From the NCBI GenBank assembly GCA_001643675.2, contig LSRY02000040.1:806001-870000 (forward strand): 64,000 nucleotides of DNA. Reading direction: 5' to 3'. The notes under the pieces are model-generated. The model was not told the DNA's origin, did not search any database, and saw nothing but the letters and a program-made list of their open reading frames with translations. The translations under genes and the position numbers were made by a program. This DNA is from Monocercomonoides exilis PA203 (taxonomy: Eukaryota; Protista; Preaxostyla). Below, piece by piece: positions 62,041 through 64,000 of the stretch (position 1 is the stretch's first letter; each line of letters opens with the position of its first letter).

Positions 62041-62414
62041 ATCAGGAAATGTGAATTTATTAGAATATTTTTTCTGGAATTTCTGTTGGAAATTTTATAA
62101 CTTATGAAATAAATGTTTTCATTACAAACGAATATTGTTGTTTGCAGTGATATTTCGCAAATGATCGCATTCAAAATGATTTTTATTAAAATTGCGAAAC
62201 TTTGATTGAAAAAATAATTATAATAAATATGAAAAAATGAAGGGGACAAAAAGAATTTAGCACTGGATTTGCTAACACTTGAATAGCACCTTTCGCACTT
62301 TGATGAATCAGTTTAAATTGCGTAGACTGATTTATAAAAAAGAAAAGTTTTTTTTCTTGAAAATTTGACAAAAGTTGAAAGAAAGGAATAAATTGTTTAC
62401 AATAATTGGATGAA

Positions 62415-62540
62415 ATTTGAATAAGACTTTTTTATTTGAATAAAGAAAGTTTATTTGAATAAGAAGCTTTTATTTCAAATACAGGCAGTTTATTCGAATA
62501 AACACGGTTTATTTGAGAACTGAGCCCTTTATTTGAGTTA
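62415..62540. repeat. Degenerate ~19-20-bp tandem repeat (TTTATTTGAATAA core), ~6 copies
   Basis: Read directly. Resembles a transposon subterminal array. Confidence 0.55.
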
Positions 62541-62649
62541 TTTATTATTGAGGGATATTCGATCAAAAAGTTAGAAAAAAATAAAGTTTCTTGATGTTTC
62601 ACATATGTTTTTAAATGTGGATTGAACCTTATAATAACAATTAACATTC

Positions 62650-64000
62650 ATTTCATGTTATATTTTGTTGAAATTCTTTGAAAATAGAAGAGTGAACGGA
62701 AAAATAAAATTTATTGAATTGTGAAAAAGAGTTTAATACTATTAGCAAAGGATTTCTAAAGAAAATATTACTCATTGATAGATCAAAACATATGACGAAC
62801 AACTGGTTTAAATTTGTATTCAAAAGTGCATGTGCTTCCATAAAGGACAAAAATATCTTTGACAAAAATAAAGCAGTAAACAGAAATGGCAACATTAAAA
62901 ATTGAAGTGCTGAATTGAATATCACTGCTGCATTTCACAAGATGAGCATCGTCAAACACGTTTCGCTCTTCATCAATAATCACTTGTCAGCAACAAAATC
63001 GATTCAAAATGGTTTCCTTTCCCATCGAATCAGCTAAGTTAACTTTCCATTCAACAATCGTTCCGCTTGAAAACTTCAGGAAAGATAGAGAACATAATTG
63101 AAGACAAGAAGACAACACTGAGCACAACGGCCTGCTCTTCTTCTTCTCCTCCTCCTTGTTCTATTTCATCATCATTATCTTCCTCCTCCTCCTCTTCTTC
63201 TTCTTCTCCTTCGTCACTTACAATGAAATTGCTTGCCAGCAGCCCTGCTGATATCGATTTCAGTGTTAATGTTAATGAAAATGCGCCTTCTATCGATCAT
63301 CTCCTTCAGCCACTCCGCAATCTATTGGCAAACTTCTATCACGTTCTTATCAATTCAGTTCCTCTGCTCCTTCTCCAAAACAATTCTCATTCATTTCCCT
63401 TTCCTCCTTCCCTCTTCCCTCTTCCCCTCTTCTTCCATTCATCCAGTCCTCTCTCACAGCTCACATTTGCCAGTGCTGTGTGTAAAAGAATGTGGATGAA
63501 ATTGCACCGAAGAAATTAAACCGATCGACAAATGCACTCATTTCCATTCGCCTTTCTGTTTCTTCCTTTTAATGATCGAATTGTTCTCATTGTTCTTCAT
63601 TCATTCTTTCATTTCCCTTGCTGCTCTTTGAGCCTTCCTTTTCCTTTCTCCAGTGCCTCCCAATCTGTTCATTCTCCATGGCACCTCAGTTGCCAAGTCC
63701 TGTTATTTCCTTAAAGAATTCAGTTCTTCCCTTTGTAAAAAAAAGATAAATAATTAAATGAATCAATCATACAAACAAACAAACCTTTAAACAACATCAA
63801 TTTGATAGTCTCTTCATCCATTTTCCCCTTTCCATTGCAAATATCAAATGAATATTTCACGCTTTCTTCATTTCTTCATCCAAATTGCTTTGCTGTCTCC
63901 TCCTCAATAAAGAAAACAATTTGCGAATAACGCTCCTCATTCATCTCTCTGCTTCGATCTCCTTCTTCTGGCCTGTCATTAATATGAGGTTGAACGTACA
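62650..64000 (-). pseudogene. Degenerate or partial gene running off the window end
   Basis: Coding-like Glu-rich composition on the minus strand, an intron-like segment at ~63713-63785, and no long open frame. Confidence 0.3.

Overview
Eukaryotic, AT-rich protist DNA with short GT-AG introns, Ser/Glu low-complexity proteins and the standard genetic code. The gene families resemble those of the oxymonad Monocercomonoides; this is inferred from recognition, not from a search. Apparently intact genes are two giant low-complexity ORFs (<1..8793 and 57376..62040) and a 3-exon multicopy-family gene (54968..56452). Most of the rest is decayed DNA: a Merlin/IS1595-like transposon with TIRs, a DIRS-type tyrosine-recombinase retroelement, hAT and Sola-like transposase remnants, a USP deubiquitinase pseudogene and three fragments of a Cys/GGG-rich surface-protein family. 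The main finding is a set of cargo-carrying ('Pack'-type) TIR elements with no visible transposase. (1) A 10,004-bp element at 32009..42012 has ~115-bp GGCAT TIRs and a perfect 8-bp ATATTTTT target duplication. (2) A 4.7-kb element at 32095..36827, with long inverted arms and a receptor-kinase-like surface gene, is nested inside the left TIR of (1). (3) A 6-kb element at 47430..53469 has GGGTGA TIRs, AATT flanks and two 258-bp MITE relatives in the window. All alignments were done by eye. Some frameshifts could be assembly errors.
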